Shown here: one piece after another, positions 37,201 to 37,520 of the stretch
Position numbering within the stretch: the stretch's first letter is position 1
Layout of the letters: each line of letters opens with the position of its first letter
From: Candidatus Bruticola sp.
Lineage (GTDB): Bacteria; Vulcanimicrobiota; Xenobia; Xenobiales; Xenobiaceae
DNA length: 37,520 nt
Assembly: GCA_051874735.1 (NCBI GenBank)
Contig: JBJEGD010000027.1
Span: 1 to 37,520, forward strand
Direction: 5' to 3'
Notes under the pieces: model-generated
Database searches by the model: none
Seen by the model: the letters and a program-made list of their open reading frames with translations, nothing else
Told to the model about the DNA's origin: nothing
Made by a program: the position numbers and the translations under genes

Positions 37201-37520
37201 CGATACTCAAAACGCTGATGATGCTACTTCCGATGTTAACAATGTACAATCAGATAATGAGTACGAAGTTCATCAAAATCTTGAACATTCTGAGAGTGCA
37301 TCTGACCTCGATTTAGCTCAAGTAGCTGTTGGAGCTGTTGCTATAGGGGCTGTAGCCGCCGCTAGCTCAGCTGTAGCTGACAGTTTTGGCGATCTGGCTC
37401 AAGGAGATTATTCTGAATCAGAGCATGCCGTCAACGAGGAACAGCTGGGTGGCCAGTACGGCGCCTATTCTGAATCAGAGCATGCCGTCAACGAGGAACA
37501 GCTGGGTGGCCAGTACGGCG
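34271..37520 (+). CDS. Large TPR-domain protein with long low-complexity, acidic and repeat regions (3' truncated; not in ORF track)
   Basis: Read by hand: GTG 34271 after AAGGTGGTG, with no in-frame stop seen to the window end (MADTIEGLMQEAQAFADSRSWDQAIESYSRVIDLD...). The first ~330 aa are TPR-like (LGELY...WEDAEKQFRSALK, LGNVCQHKGDLDQA..AYRK, AIALYQRVIFLDPNN). Confidence 0.9.
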   Translation, partial: MADTIEGLMQEAQAFADSRSWDQAIESYSRVIDLDADNDEACRSLANIYALRGMFKSVISTYLRLMHIYVARGDMENAMAVANYVLLLEPTSIDVRSELINMYRYRGDTAEVVSRSLDLARLYTELDEGDRSIELLQAVLNDDPNNADICRELAEMYIQYGQVERGANQYHQVADLYQANGQLDKACDALERILVVNSGDSGAVFHLGELYSMMERWEDAEKQFRSALKFDFENLDVMFALGNVCQHKGDLDQASLAYRKIVMIAPDYVSAQERLGEIYHMQNNIELAIKSYLTAGGLYVRNNDPEHAIALYQRVIFLDPNNPAATRELTNLGAPVVGNDGGIQPLVKNKSTSKASRADSRRDKKDGERKTRSGLLPKGGGGMRAGLMAKGSGGAKPGLGGKPVLGGDGEVEGAPRPGLMRAGLKAAGGGKPSLGGKPMLGGKRVLGSRKKKGEAVKEDAPAEHSGVSLAKEPENEENAVVESTAENIDNVQGVEAAAATENSSDTTASESFETHADVGNIVESVPEAQSFVSDPVSDGQSEASPEQSQEDSAHESFAAPEHQVAPEEDMFASDAQQFGGDMQQYAGEAQQFGGDMQQYAGEAQQFGGDMQQYAGEAQQFGGDMQQYAGEEQGQEHEYYQEPYNAQAGEFYGEHADGTAHFEQPVEPHEAYYQQEGAVAEYGEQHQFEGAAYSEDAYSDSGYGFDVHRPLIMVPEGQLIVPSPILYLERTDLYEAICQSITEAPDPAVLPWEPLRVIDEAAIEEKMAQQSAEAAKAAEEAEKAAQDEAEKEQSSLGTVESFDFSSGVNLKGVSGTGLRRKHKGESKGSSLSGRSRLSGNQSLSERVARMRAENSELEENTSEHRAISGISRHHQDKSQKKEKGRSIAGGISRPINQVIEEANQANGAAPQAYTEQAPEVPRPELTATRSRSSLSERIKRARQSKAAAKIQSEEASAEVAIQSVEQSAAELENRAYQADTQNADDATSDVNNVQSDNEYEVHQNLEHSESASDLDLAQVAVGAVAIGAVAAASSAVADSFGDLAQGDYSESEHAVNEEQLGGQYGAYSESEHAVNEEQLGGQYG
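35993..36160 (+). repeat. 4 x 42-bp in-frame tandem repeat encoding AQQFGGDMQQYAGE
   Basis: Unit GCTCAGCAATTCGGCGGCGATATGCAACAGTAYGCYGGYGAA; copies differ only at third codon positions. Confidence 0.97.
37409..37520 (+). repeat. 57-bp in-frame tandem repeat encoding YSESEHAVNEEQLGGQYGA (at least 2 copies, truncated)
   Basis: Identical units start at 37409 and 37466; the second is cut by the window end. Confidence 0.95.

Overview
Core-genome window from an anaerobic, two-membrane (diderm) bacterium with Firmicutes-like gene order. The SLH-plus-beta-barrel OmpM-type protein, secretin and pilin type suggest a Terrabacteria diderm, possibly Eremiobacterota/Xenobia (inference only). In order: 3' end of a 5S rRNA; trimeric electron-bifurcating-type [FeFe]-hydrogenase (hydCBA); nadD; an orphan type IV pilin; a large SLH/outer-membrane protein; an unusual cluster (DnaJ-zinc-finger rhomboid, lytic transglycosylase, LIM-like/DA1-type metallopeptidase, degenerate Ser/Thr kinase, TPR protein); tRNA-Leu(TAA); a class A beta-lactamase-fold hydrolase; era-deoC-recO-yqgF-mltG-udk; and a contiguous type IVa pilus locus (pilB-pilT-pilC-pilA-pilD-pilM-N-O-P-Q). 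After pilQ comes a >1080-codon TPR/disordered repeat protein that the ORF track missed and that runs off the window end. The strongest leads are that protein, the rhomboid/SLT/DA1/pseudokinase cluster, and a 21-aa hydrophobic small ORF with a perfect RBS between pilT and pilC. No mobile elements or CRISPR arrays were seen.
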